DNA from: a virus
Direction: 5' to 3' (one strand)
IMG/VR virus record: IMGVR_UViG_3300030098_003519
Span: 25,494 to 89,493 of that record
DNA: 64,000 bases
The translations under genes and the position numbers were made by a program. The first letter of the stretch is position 1. The number at the start of each line of letters is the position of its first letter. Below are positions 1 to 11,200 of this stretch, one piece after another. A model generated the notes under the pieces. It made no database searches, had not been told where the DNA came from, and was given only the letters and a program-made list of their open reading frames with translations.

Positions 1-1636
1 TAGAACCATCACTCTGTCTTGAGAAGAATATTCCAGATCCTTCATTACTTACGTCATCGTGTGCTGCAGTTCCAAATGATATGTGTTTATTAGTTCCAGT
101 TGTTATCTGTGCTTTATATGTTGTTTGAGTAAAATTAGCACCAATGTTTACTGTTCCTGCTTGAGTAATGCGAAGTGCTTCTGCATTTACAGCAGCCTCA
201 TTCTTTGTAAAGAATGAAAGCCATCCACCAGAATCATCACCAGCATTAGTATCACTAGTTTTTAGATACGCCTGTATAGCTGCTACCTGTTTAGAACCAG
301 CATTATTACCACTTGAACTATGACTATTTTCCCTATTAACAAATCTTAGTGTTCCAACATTAGTACTATCTGCATTTTGATTTGAACTTATATTAATAAT
401 TCCATACTCACCAACACTTCCATCACCTGTTACTTCTAATATCTTACAATTTGCTGTATCATTATTGAATGAATAACTGCTTAAACCTTGAGTTACTATA
501 TGTCCTGCATTTGTAATGCGAAATTTTTCTGTTGGTGTACCACCTGGACAAGTAAAGAAAGTTGTATCAAATTTATTAGTACCATCTACATCTAAAACTC
601 TGATTGAATTATACCTATCGTTAGGACTTGCATCTGATGGAACAAATTTTAACTCAGTACTTGTATTTGTAGTCGTTCCATGATTTTCTAATATTAATGA
701 TACTAAATTATTTCCAGCACTACTCTGGTAAATGTGCATTCCACCTGCAGCAACTTCTGTTGAAATTCCAGCACCAGTTGATAATCTTCCACTTCCATCA
801 ATACGAAGTTTTTCTGTGCCACCATCATCTTCAACAACAAAAGCATCAGTAGCTGCTGGCATACCAATATTCCAACCACCAATTCCACTACTATCAAAGT
901 GTATTGTTACTTTATTGGTTGTAGTCGATCCATCCCAGTTACTTAAAGTAAGAGCATCTGTATCTACATCTCCAGTATTAATAATTGCTGTTGTGTTGAT
1001 ATTATTGCCAGCACCAACAATAAGTTTAGTATTTGAACCTGTGTTATTACTTGATCCGATATGGAATCTACCATCTGAGTCGATGCGAAGTTTTTCTACA
1101 TTACCTGGTGAGAATACTATAGGTTCAAGAGCATATGTTCTTAATCTCCATTCTGGGTTTGCAGTTGCAATATTAGAACATTGCACACCAAATGCTCCTG
1201 TAGCACTTCTAACCATGAATAAGTCTTTATCAGTTGCAGCAGTATTTGAAAAGACATCTAAAGGAGCATTTGGTGCAACAGTTCCTATTCCCACCTCACC
1301 AGTATCAACAACTGTAAGAACTTCACTAGTTCCATCAAATAAGTTTAATATATCTCCTGCACCTGTTTGAGTTATAATTCCTGCTGTTGTTGTACTATTA
1401 GCCGCTACTCTTAACAACTCCACATTTCTCAGAGTTGTATTTAAAGTTGTTGTATCTCCTTGTACTGTTAAATTACCAGTAACATTGACATTAGTAAAAG
1501 TTGAGGTATTACCAGTACCAGCTCCTATCTCACCAACAAATCTTGTTGCTGTTATAATTCCTGCAGAATGTATATTGTGAGTTCGGAGTTGTGCTAGTGT
1601 ATGAATACCAGGTCCAACAACTTTAGTAAATGCCAT
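1..1636 (-). CDS. Tail fibre-like protein, 3' end runs off the window (not in the ORF track)
   Basis: ATG at 1636 reads MAFTKVVGPGIHTLAQLRTHNIHSAGIITATRFVG...LTVQGDTTTLNTTLRNVELLRV...GDILNLFDGTSEVLTV...GIGT. It shares its N-terminal module and its E[KR]LRI/GIGT repeats with 8227..12801. A late promoter lies upstream. Confidence 0.85.
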   Translation of the reverse strand, partial: MAFTKVVGPGIHTLAQLRTHNIHSAGIITATRFVGEIGAGTGNTSTFTNVNVTGNLTVQGDTTTLNTTLRNVELLRVAANSTTTAGIITQTGAGDILNLFDGTSEVLTVVDTGEVGIGTVAPNAPLDVFSNTAATDKDLFMVRSATGAFGVQCSNIATANPEWRLRTYALEPIVFSPGNVEKLRIDSDGRFHIGSSNNTGSNTKLIVGAGNNINTTAIINTGDVDTDALTLSNWDGSTTTNKVTIHFDSSGIGGWNIGMPAATDAFVVEDDGGTEKLRIDGSGRLSTGAGISTEVAAGGMHIYQSSAGNNLVSLILENHGTTTNTSTELKFVPSDASPNDRYNSIRVLDVDGTNKFDTTFFTCPGGTPTEKFRITNAGHIVTQGLSSYSFNNDTANCKILEVTGDGSVGEYGIINISSNQNADSTNVGTLRFVNRENSHSSSGNNAGSKQVAAIQAYLKTSDTNAGDDSGGWLSFFTKNEAAVNAEALRITQAGTVNIGANFTQTTYKAQITTGTNKHISFGTAAHDDVSNEGSGIFFSRQSDGS

Positions 1637-1654
1637 TAGATATTACTTTTTAGT

Positions 1655-1661
1655 TATTTAT
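1655..1661 (-). promoter_or_regulatory. T4-like (gp55) late promoter ATAAATA
   Basis: CATAAATA on the minus strand, 18 nt upstream of the ATG at 1636. Confidence 0.7.
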
Positions 1662-1668
1662 GTGAAGA

Positions 1669-4600
1669 TTACTTAAATTCATCTGGTACTACTACATCAT
1701 CAGTTCCATTCAAATTCTCAACAGTTCTTGCTGGTTCAAGAATAAGATTACCATCATTATCAGTAAGATCACTTGATTTAATAATATCATCTTGCCTTTC
1801 ACCAACAACCATCCAAGAAACAGTATCAGTACAACTATTATCTTGAGCAGTAATAGTTAAAGTGTTTCCAGAAACAGTACCTTTAACATTAGTCCATCCA
1901 GTTTCATTAGTTGTGAAACATTGTATATCTCTATTTAATGCGACAAAGGTTCCAGCACTCATGCCAACCTTAGTATCAATATTAACGGTAGCAGTACCAC
2001 CAACAAGATCAACTTTACCACGATAAATGTTATCACATTGTGGACCTTCAATAAATGAGTGTACTAAATCTTTTGTAGTTGAAAGACCAACAAGAGGATG
2101 AGGAATCTTAAATGATCCACTACCTTTAGATATTGAACCAGTAATAGAAAGATTATTGGAGATCTGAACTCTATGGAATTTACGATAATCATTAGAATAA
2201 TAAGAGTTTGGAGGATTAGCATTAGTCAAATCCCATCTTATATTAGAACCAGGAATGATATCAATACTTGCATTAGGTGGTGATGCATCACTATTTCTCA
2301 TTCTTCCAACAGTTGCAGCATTTGTCCCTACAGTGAAGTCACTGTTTATAGTAACAGATTCACCATAAATCATTCTATATCTGAAATCATGGTTCCAATC
2401 ATAACCATGAAATCTTATCCATACATCTTGATTACTATCAACAACAAGTTGAACAACAGATTTTTCTGCCGTCTGTTGATCATGACATATACTCATACTA
2501 GAGTTGGCATACTTTAAAACTTCAATTGTTCCCCTAACAGAACGTGGATAGTTAGTATCACCAGTAGCCATATATTCAAGGTATGCAAGACCAGAACTTC
2601 CTACATTTTTAACTAACTTAATCCAATAGTAATCCATAGCAGGAGATTTACTGGTATTATAATCAAAACAACTTGTTGTATACCAAGGAGTACCAGCTAT
2701 TATCTGATGTCCCATAGAATCTGATAAAATAGTTGTACTATCAACAATAGATACACCAAAACCAACATTATTACCAGATAACATCAATTGACCAGTATTA
2801 TTGATGCGAACTCTTTCAGATCCATCTACTTGTAAAGATATATTTGATCCACCTCCACTAGAAGCATTTCCAGCATCACATCTAATTTTTAGATTGTCAC
2901 CATTACTTTCGATAATACTTTGTCCATGAGTACCATCAGTGTCTTCCATGCATACGGCAGGAACACCACCTTTCAGGTGAATCATATAATCTGGATTAGT
3001 TTCTCCGATACCAAGTCTCCTATTAACACCATCAAAAGTTGCTATAGGATAACCACCACCATAAATTTGAGTATGTCTAATAGTAGAAGTTCCTGTTGAT
3101 CCAAGTCTTGCTGCATATGTACCACCAGACCAACTAAAAGAAGCATATGAAACAAGAGGATGAGTATCTATTTTATAAGAAGTACCACCTACTATTGCAA
3201 TATTTCCACCATTAACCTGAAATTTTTCTGCTGGATTTGTAATTCCGATACCAACATAACCTGTATCTCCTACGCAACGAAGTCTTTCATTTGAATTTAC
3301 AACAAGTCTCAAGTCATCTTCAATTGCATCAATATTTGTTTGTGTTCCTCTAACAACATTATTTCTAAAAATTAAACGAGAACGATTAACTCCATAACAA
3401 TCAAGAGTCAATGCACTATTTCCTGATGCCCTTGCAACAGATAATTGACTACCAGAAGCAGGTGTTCCGATACCAACTAGACCACTACCACTGATGGCAA
3501 GTCTTTTTAGACTAGTAGTTCCATCTGATGTCCATATATTATAGTAAGAATCTAATAATGTTGCACCACTAGGAGTATCTGTAGAACCTGTAGCAATATT
3601 TGATCCTGTAAAATATCCATTAGTAACATCAGCAAAACAAGAAGTAGAACTATATCCTTCTCTATACTTTACCCATATTTCAGCACTTTTGGCAGAACTA
3701 TCATACTTATGAGCAACTCCAGCAATACCTTCACGAACAGCAGTTGTACTATAAAAATAACCATATAAAGTAGGGTTGGAAGAGAATGCTAAATGAATCT
3801 TTGTTTCACCAGAAACATTACTATTAGAATCATGAGTTGCTGCTCCAAGAACTGTTATCGTTGCCCTTGCTGCAGCATCAACACCTACACCAGCCCAAGT
3901 ACCAACCTTAAACCATTTACCAGGATCATTAGAATTTGCTTCTGTACCGCCTACAGTTCCACGAGTAAATTTGGTTCCTCCATCAGATGCAATTCTAAGT
4001 CTTTCTGCTACACCAACCCCAGATGCATTTGTTTTAAGTACTAATGAAGAACCACCAGAAAGATAAGGAGCAATTGATGCTTCACCAGCATCAGTTACAG
4101 ACATATCAATTACACCATTCTGACTAGGACTTAGTATTCCAAAAGTTCCTTTAAGATTTAATGTTCTTGTACTTGAATCAGTAGTGGCTATCATTACATT
4201 GCCACCTGCAGGTTGAATTGCCAAGTGTCTAGCACCATCTCCACTATGTCTAGCTTGCATAAAATAAGGATGTGGTGAAGAGTTAGAAAGTCCAAATACT
4301 AATTCAGATCCTTCACACCTAAGAGTATGTCCACCTGTTGCATTCCAAGTTACTGATGGAGCAAAAGTACTTGCATATTTTGCAACTAATCCTGCATCAG
4401 TTTGTGGATCTGTTATACCAATACCAACCGAACCACCCATAGGGTTTAAAGTTATTTGTCTAAGACCACTACCACTTGTATTTGCTTGTATAAACAATGC
4501 ATAAGGGGCATATGCAGTCAATCCAAATTTTAATTCGGATCCTTCATTCCTGAATATCTGACCTGGATTACCACCACCCCAAGTTAAAGTTGGAGTAGAT

Positions 4601-6387
4601 AATCCTATATTTCTAGATTCAAGAGATTTTGCATTTAAACCATTATCTCCAGTTCCAATACCAAGAACTCCAGCATTGGTGAGAGTCATTTTTCTTCCAC
4701 CAGCTGAAACCCAAGCATGTTCTCCAGAACCACCTACATTTGATTGGAATTTATCACCAGATTCAAGAGTAAGGTATGCACTATTTCCAGAAGTATAATT
4801 ATGCCATCTTGCTCCTACTCCTTGAGTACCTCCAAGATGTAATGTATTACCTGGCGTAACAGTTCCGACACCAAGTTTACCATTTGGCATCTTTACATTT
4901 TTATCATGATCAATATGTAAACCTAAATCACCAGCATCATTACCACGCATGTAGAGTTGAAATTCTTGTCCACTTGCAACATCATTTTTATCAACAGTAA
5001 TTCTAAGATCACCATTACCTGGTGTTCCAAATTCATGTGTAGTTTCATTATCTGAATCAATTAGAGATAATATACTTACACCACTATTATTTCTAATAGA
5101 TACATTACTTTTAAAAGTTGAAACTCCAGTTGAACCGATGCGAAGTCTTTCTGTACCAGCAGTTTCTACTGTAAATGTATCAGGATCAGGAAATCTAATT
5201 GCAGTATCTCCATCTCCGATATGATAAATTGAATCAGCAATACCTACTTTATTACCATCACCAACAGTAAATACTTCAGTGGTATTGTCATATAATTTAA
5301 GTATATCTCCTGTACCTGCTTGTGTTACTGCTACTGCTACATTAGCACTATTATCTGCTACTTCTATTCTATCAACAGCCTTTAAGGTAGTATCAATTGT
5401 TGTTGTCGTTCCATTGACTGTTAGGTCGCCTGTAATTGTTGCATCTCCAGTAATAGCTGCGTCATTAACTGTGATGTTATCAGTATTCAATAGAACAACA
5501 TTACCAGTTCTTCCATAAACTCCAGTTACTCCACCTCCACCACTACCAGTTGTAGCACCAGCAAAACCAATATGTCTTACTTCTATCTGTGTTCCACTAC
5601 CAGGAGCAGTTGTGAGGTTTATAACATTTGCAGCAACACTATATGCTCTTATATTTCCAGCACTATCATTAGGGTACTGAACAACACCATCAATAGTTAC
5701 CAAGATATTTTCATTATTTGGAGGTGACTTTGAAAGTGTGAATGAAGAAGTTGATCCGTCACCACTAAAATGATCTACCTTATTATCTGATATATCAAAG
5801 GTAACATTATTATTGGTTAGAATATGACCCCAGAATGCATCTGTAGATTGTGGTGCTTGTGAAAATACAATCGTACCATCTAAATCAAATCCAAATCCAG
5901 TTGAAGGACTTGAACTATCATGTGGTTGCTGAATAACACCATTAACAGAAAGAACTAATTGAGCAGATCTTGTTATTCTTGCCTTTTTACCAGTCGTATG
6001 AGTTGCTTTGAATTTTGTATTGACACCATCAAAAGCAACATTTAATGTATGAGATGATCCTGAAGTTCCTGTTAATGAAAGATCTTCTGCTGTTCCAGAT
6101 GCAGCACGAGCAGCAGTGGTAGCAAGTTTAATATTATTATGATCCTCCTTAATGACAAAATAAACTGAACCAGAAGTCAGTCCATTAATATTTCCACCAC
6201 CACCGTTATTATATGTTACTCTCTGTCCTTGTACGAATCTATGGTTATATGAATATATTGTATCGTTTGCAGCCGAAACTACACTAGAACTTGACCCATC
6301 AAAAGTTAAAGTATATGATGAGATATCATCGAGTATCTTAAAATTGTTATCTTCGCCTGTAGATGGAGAATGACCAATATATGCCAT
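1669..6387 (-). CDS. Long tail fibre protein (1572 aa) with a C-terminal chaperone-like domain
   Basis: MAYIG N-terminus, F.GDGS...F.L repeats, many ERLRI...G.VGIGT..P modules, and a C-terminal GSFKIPHP...LVHSFIEGP...IYRG domain typical of cyanophage fibres. Confidence 0.85.
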   Translation of the reverse strand: MAYIGHSPSTGEDNNFKILDDISSYTLTFDGSSSSVVSAANDTIYSYNHRFVQGQRVTYNNGGGGNINGLTSGSVYFVIKEDHNNIKLATTAARAASGTAEDLSLTGTSGSSHTLNVAFDGVNTKFKATHTTGKKARITRSAQLVLSVNGVIQQPHDSSSPSTGFGFDLDGTIVFSQAPQSTDAFWGHILTNNNVTFDISDNKVDHFSGDGSTSSFTLSKSPPNNENILVTIDGVVQYPNDSAGNIRAYSVAANVINLTTAPGSGTQIEVRHIGFAGATTGSGGGGVTGVYGRTGNVVLLNTDNITVNDAAITGDATITGDLTVNGTTTTIDTTLKAVDRIEVADNSANVAVAVTQAGTGDILKLYDNTTEVFTVGDGNKVGIADSIYHIGDGDTAIRFPDPDTFTVETAGTERLRIGSTGVSTFKSNVSIRNNSGVSILSLIDSDNETTHEFGTPGNGDLRITVDKNDVASGQEFQLYMRGNDAGDLGLHIDHDKNVKMPNGKLGVGTVTPGNTLHLGGTQGVGARWHNYTSGNSAYLTLESGDKFQSNVGGSGEHAWVSAGGRKMTLTNAGVLGIGTGDNGLNAKSLESRNIGLSTPTLTWGGGNPGQIFRNEGSELKFGLTAYAPYALFIQANTSGSGLRQITLNPMGGSVGIGITDPQTDAGLVAKYASTFAPSVTWNATGGHTLRCEGSELVFGLSNSSPHPYFMQARHSGDGARHLAIQPAGGNVMIATTDSSTRTLNLKGTFGILSPSQNGVIDMSVTDAGEASIAPYLSGGSSLVLKTNASGVGVAERLRIASDGGTKFTRGTVGGTEANSNDPGKWFKVGTWAGVGVDAAARATITVLGAATHDSNSNVSGETKIHLAFSSNPTLYGYFYSTTAVREGIAGVAHKYDSSAKSAEIWVKYREGYSSTSCFADVTNGYFTGSNIATGSTDTPSGATLLDSYYNIWTSDGTTSLKRLAISGSGLVGIGTPASGSQLSVARASGNSALTLDCYGVNRSRLIFRNNVVRGTQTNIDAIEDDLRLVVNSNERLRCVGDTGYVGIGITNPAEKFQVNGGNIAIVGGTSYKIDTHPLVSYASFSWSGGTYAARLGSTGTSTIRHTQIYGGGYPIATFDGVNRRLGIGETNPDYMIHLKGGVPAVCMEDTDGTHGQSIIESNGDNLKIRCDAGNASSGGGSNISLQVDGSERVRINNTGQLMLSGNNVGFGVSIVDSTTILSDSMGHQIIAGTPWYTTSCFDYNTSKSPAMDYYWIKLVKNVGSSGLAYLEYMATGDTNYPRSVRGTIEVLKYANSSMSICHDQQTAEKSVVQLVVDSNQDVWIRFHGYDWNHDFRYRMIYGESVTINSDFTVGTNAATVGRMRNSDASPPNASIDIIPGSNIRWDLTNANPPNSYYSNDYRKFHRVQISNNLSITGSISKGSGSFKIPHPLVGLSTTKDLVHSFIEGPQCDNIYRGKVDLVGGTATVNIDTKVGMSAGTFVALNRDIQCFTTNETGWTNVKGTVSGNTLTITAQDNSCTDTVSWMVVGERQDDIIKSSDLTDNDGNLILEPARTVENLNGTDDVVVPDEFK

Positions 6388-6400
6388 AGTACTCTATTTT

Positions 6401-7015
6401 TTAAGTATTTATTGAATCAATAATGGACTGTGGTGTCCCATCAATAACTGCTTGGGCAGCATCTCTTTGTGCTTCATCATTTAGAACACGAGGATCGTCT
6501 GCAGCAGGAACATTTTTATATACAATTTGATCAAAATATGTATTATTAGATGGATCCCATACACTTTCCATAGATGGTGTTCCTAATTTAAGTCTTTGTT
6601 GCTTAAGTCGTTCAACAGCTGATAGATAACTATTTTTTTGATCAATTGCTTTCTTCTCATCTGCAGCAGTCTGAACCCAAGAAGGAATTGCTGCTATTGT
6701 AGTAACACCAACTTGACTCTTAGGATACTTGTCTTTAATTGCTTTAATATCTGCCTTCCATGCAGTAAGAGATGTATGATAGATCTTATCTAATTGATCT
6801 TCAATAGGTGGATACTCTGCTTTACGTGCAATAGTATATGCCGTAGTAACACCAACTGTTGGTCCTTCTACAATACCAATACCTTGTTCATTTATATCTT
6901 GAAGAAACTTCTGATAATCTGTATTATTGGGATCTCTAGGAATACCAGTTTTATCTGATAAACGAATTATAGAATTTGCTTCGTTTGAAGGTGGAACTAT
7001 GGATAACTTATACAT
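6401..7015 (-). CDS. Tail fibre-associated/assembly protein
   Basis: IPxDPxNxDYQ and R..EYP.IEDQLD.IYH...WK..IKAIKDKYPK motifs, which are common in small proteins next to marine phage fibre genes. Confidence 0.6.
   Translation of the reverse strand: MYKLSIVPPSNEANSIIRLSDKTGIPRDPNNTDYQKFLQDINEQGIGIVEGPTVGVTTAYTIARKAEYPPIEDQLDKIYHTSLTAWKADIKAIKDKYPKSQVGVTTIAAIPSWVQTAADEKKAIDQKNSYLSAVERLKQQRLKLGTPSMESVWDPSNNTYFDQIVYKNVPAADDPRVLNDEAQRDAAQAVIDGTPQSIIDSINT
6406..6412 (-). promoter_or_regulatory. Late promoter ATAAATA for the 1669..6387 gene
   Basis: AATAAATA in the last codons of the upstream gene, 18 nt before the ATG at 6387. Confidence 0.6.
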
Positions 7016-7017
7016 GT

Positions 7018-8226
7018 TTACATCTCCGCACTAAGAATTAATTTTGCATTTGGTAATACCTGACACCAAAGACCATCTCCTGTAGATAAACTACTATGAC
7101 CAGTAGTTTGACAATATACACGTATATTATTATTAACCTTTTCCCCGACTTCTACACTTGCATTACTATTCTGACCACTAGCTCCCTTATATGATTGTAA
7201 CCAATTACCACTAGCAGTCACTGTAGAGACACTTGGTTGAGCTCTCATAGTTACAGGTGTGGAAACTGTTAAATTAATATTAGTAGAATTATAAGCAACA
7301 CCAATTCCTAAATGCACTTCATCATCATCACCATATGCCACACAATATCTCTGACAATCATGCAATTGATCGGCATGAGTTTTATAATCAAACGGTGTTG
7401 CATTATAACCTTCCTCAAGTTGAACACCTGTAATCCATAGATTATTTGATGTAGAACTTGCTATATTAATTGTAGTGCCTGGTGCTTGTTGATTACTAGC
7501 ATTATTTCTCCAATAATTTCTAGTACCAGTTCCAGCAGTCCATGTTGAACCTGCCTTAAACCAAAGCCATAATCTTATACCAGTAGTATTATCTGTTGTC
7601 CAAGCATTTTCAGGCCCATGAGCAGGGAATGACATAGTTTTATATTCCCATTCATTTGCATTATGTATTGTAAAGGTTTGATTAATTATCTTACCAACAT
7701 TAAAGTTATCAGCATGAAGCATAGCATTACAATCACCAGTAACACTAGACTTTACCCAGAATGATAAAGTAACTGGTTTTGCCCTTTGTGTTCCCCAACA
7801 AAGATGTGCCATTCTATTTGCTTCAATCCTCTGTTCTAGAAGAAAATAATCACCACCATCAACAGCAGCATCAGCAGTAGTACAATCCAATTTCCAAGAT
7901 TTAGTAAATCCTTGTCCTATAGGAACATCAGTATCTTGAGAAGAAGTCCATGTTCCAGCACCAGACATTCCAAGTTTCCATCTGTCTACTGTACTGAATA
8001 CCCAATTGGGACTTCCATTAAAACCTGAGTCCGTTGTAGCTCTCTGGGCTATTTGGAAATCTCCATTGATAACCATGTTCTTTCGACCTGCTTTCACAAT
8101 ATCAAAAGACTCTCCTGCAGATGATGAGTTCATTAACTCACTACCATGAGCTCCTATAGGAGGAGTGTCAACCTCATTTAACTTCTCCCTTAAATTTATT
8201 GCTGGTTGTGATACTCTTATAGACAT
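7018..8226 (-). CDS. Tail fibre-tip / carbohydrate-binding-like protein
   Basis: RKNMVINGDFQIAQR...DRW...VTLSFWVKS...ITGVQLEEG..ATPF...CQRY, a galactose-binding-like jelly-roll family common in marine phage tails. Confidence 0.7.
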   Translation of the reverse strand: MSIRVSQPAINLREKLNEVDTPPIGAHGSELMNSSSAGESFDIVKAGRKNMVINGDFQIAQRATTDSGFNGSPNWVFSTVDRWKLGMSGAGTWTSSQDTDVPIGQGFTKSWKLDCTTADAAVDGGDYFLLEQRIEANRMAHLCWGTQRAKPVTLSFWVKSSVTGDCNAMLHADNFNVGKIINQTFTIHNANEWEYKTMSFPAHGPENAWTTDNTTGIRLWLWFKAGSTWTAGTGTRNYWRNNASNQQAPGTTINIASSTSNNLWITGVQLEEGYNATPFDYKTHADQLHDCQRYCVAYGDDDEVHLGIGVAYNSTNINLTVSTPVTMRAQPSVSTVTASGNWLQSYKGASGQNSNASVEVGEKVNNNIRVYCQTTGHSSLSTGDGLWCQVLPNAKLILSAEM

Positions 8227-11200
8227 TTAATACTCCACTACTAAATCATTTGATGCTGAAACACCACGGGTTACTTCCGTAGTATTGTTATTTATTCTGA
8301 CTAATCCACTGAAATCTGCACGACCACCTTTAGCACCAACGTATAAAATATCATTTCTCTTATCATATGCCATTGCTTCAATGTGATCATTTGTAGTACC
8401 AATAAGAGTACACTTAGCATTCTCTTGGAAGAGTGGTAATTCATCCTTATACATCTTCTGAATCTGATGTTCATTTGGTGCTGATCTTGAAGATCTGAAC
8501 AATGCCATTTCTATCTCACTATCAGCAGCTCCTGTACTAGTATCATGTCCTATTCTCAATTCAGAATAAGCAGTAAAAGGACTATTATCCCACATACCTG
8601 TGTTCATTATTCTAACCAGTTCTCTTCTACCATTAACCCACAACTCCATAGTATTACCTCTTCTAATAATATGACAAAGCATCCATGATTTCATATCTTG
8701 AGGATGCATAAGAAGTCCTTTTTGATTTGGATCATAAGCAAATCCAGCAGTACTCATATCAAATCGTATATCATCACCATTAAAATAAACACGAAGATAT
8801 GACATATCATTACCAGATGACAATGTCTCATCATCAGATATTGACCAAATTGTTTTTCCACCTTGACTATCATTAGGATTCATCCACCAATAGAAAGCAA
8901 AGTCACCACTACCATGATTTAAGTTAGGATTATATGCTTGATAAAGATAATTATCAGAACTCCAACCACTATAAGAACATAATTCTGCACCAGTAGCAAC
9001 AGCCTGTTTAGTTACTGTTCCATATACTTGGAGTCCACGATTCAATCCTTGATTCCTTGAACCAGCACCAGAAAAACCATGTGTATTTGTATGATCTGGA
9101 TCTGCCTCTGTTACAATAACACTATCAATATATCCATCACTATCCTGGCTAGTTGAAGACTCTGTTAAATTAAAATATGCTGTAGTTGTTGTTGCTTGGA
9201 AGGTTCCAGTAAACATTTGCCATTGAGCAACTGTACCTATTGGAGGAGACTCAAAATATTGATTTCCATCTATACCAGATGTTCCTAATTTAATTGTAAA
9301 GGAATCATGTGTAACCCAAAGTCTAGCTGAAACCGAATATTTTTTACCTACAACAGTCGTGAAAGAGAAATAAGCAGCATCTCCATTACTATTAGCAGTC
9401 GCATGTATAGAATAAGATCCATTATATGCTCTGGTATTAGAAGAACCCCACTGCACGAATCCAGCATTAGTCCAACCAGTGGTAGTGTTTGCTTCTGTCC
9501 TTCCAGGTCCAGCACTAGCACAGTTATTAGGAGCTAAATCAGTTCCTGATAAGTTTGTGTCATCAGTAGAAGCCATGACACACATTTTCTCTTTTCCTAC
9601 TAACCAACCAGTAGTATAAGATTTAGTTGTATATGCAATCATACTATTATCACCTTCTGGATTCTCATAGATATGATTTAATCCACCTCTAGTACGAGCA
9701 GCAAATTCATATCCTTTCTTTGCAGTAACTTGAGGAACTTTATGTTGATGAGTGTTCCATGTTGTACTCCAATCACTACCAATAGAAAGTAGATTAGAAT
9801 AAATGGCACTATTAGAATTCAAACCTCTCCACATAGATCTAACATTATGACCAGAACCACCAGTCTTAGTGTCTATAGTAATAGCATTATCCCATTTTAT
9901 GTGTCCATCCATAGTATGAATATAACAATAGTCTCCATTACCATCACCCATAACAAAAATTAAATCATCATTATCAGTCCACTCTACAGAATATCCTTGA
10001 GTATAACCATTATCATTAGAATTAATATCTACAATATGTCCACTTACATCATTGACATGATTAGATGGTGTATTTGATCTATTAAGTCCCATAGTCCATT
10101 CAGGTTTAATGATACTAATACCAGCATCAACAGCAACAGCAATAGTAGGTATTGGAAGATTAGTTATAGGATCTATAGGTGCTCCTCTTAATGCCTTTAC
10201 TGCTACAGACCATACATCATCAGATTTTAGTGTTCCAAGATCAGTATTATCATATCCTCTACCACTTTCAGTCCATAATCCACCAGAATCATCTGTTCCA
10301 TTTCTACCTGCAATTCCTGTAGGCCACCAACCATGTGTTCCGTTACTAGTAACTGATGCTCTAACTCTCTTTGCAGTATCTTTGATGAAATCTATGATAT
10401 GAAAACCACCATAAACATTCTTAGCACCGATATATATTACTCCATTCAGAGCAGTCACACAAGAAGGTCTATCATCATTACATCCAAGCATATATCCTTC
10501 AGATGATGATCTAAACTGCATCCATAATGGCATTGTTGGATCATCACCATCATAAATTGTTGTTCTAACTTGTCCTAAAACAATTACAGCAACAGCAGGG
10601 AATTCTTTTCTTGTTCCTCTATAGGTTCCTGCTGTTTCATTATACCATGATGTATGTCTACATTTCTTTCTCCATGCTCCACCATCAGCATCATTTCTAG
10701 TATCATATATAAATATTGTTTCTCCACTTCCAGATTCATCATAAGGAGACTCTTTACCACTAGTTATACTGATTGCAGAGAAATCATAAGCAGTTGCAGT
10801 TGCTATTCCAGCAACCGTTATTCCTCCTCCAGTGGTGGTTAGTTTTATAGCATTATTATAATATAAATTGACATAAGGAGCACCAGAATTATTAAACCCT
10901 TTAATAATTTTTTTAGACAAAGCCATGTGGTGTTCTATGTCACCAACAGATGAAACTATAAAATTGTTAGCGTGACCATTACTGTGTTTGATGTATAAAT
11001 TACTGTCATTACCTAGAGTTAATTGTTTATCATCAGCAATATAAACATTACCCCATCCTTTTGAAGCACTACCGAAATTTTGAGTACCTAAAGCACCTGG
11101 CGTTACGTGACCATCTTTGTCAATGCGAAGTCTTTCTGTTGGCGATGCTGCACCATCAGCAGTAGTAGAAAATACTAATCTACCAGGAACGTCATTAGTG

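Noticed and set aside
732-1370. 212-aa plus-strand ORF, and similar antisense ORFs (e.g. 10109, 11117, 14184, 14886, 15579, 46390, 49876, 51417, 55542)
   Set aside because: They are shadow frames antisense to well-supported genes, produced by codon bias. They show no RBS, promoter or recognisable motifs.
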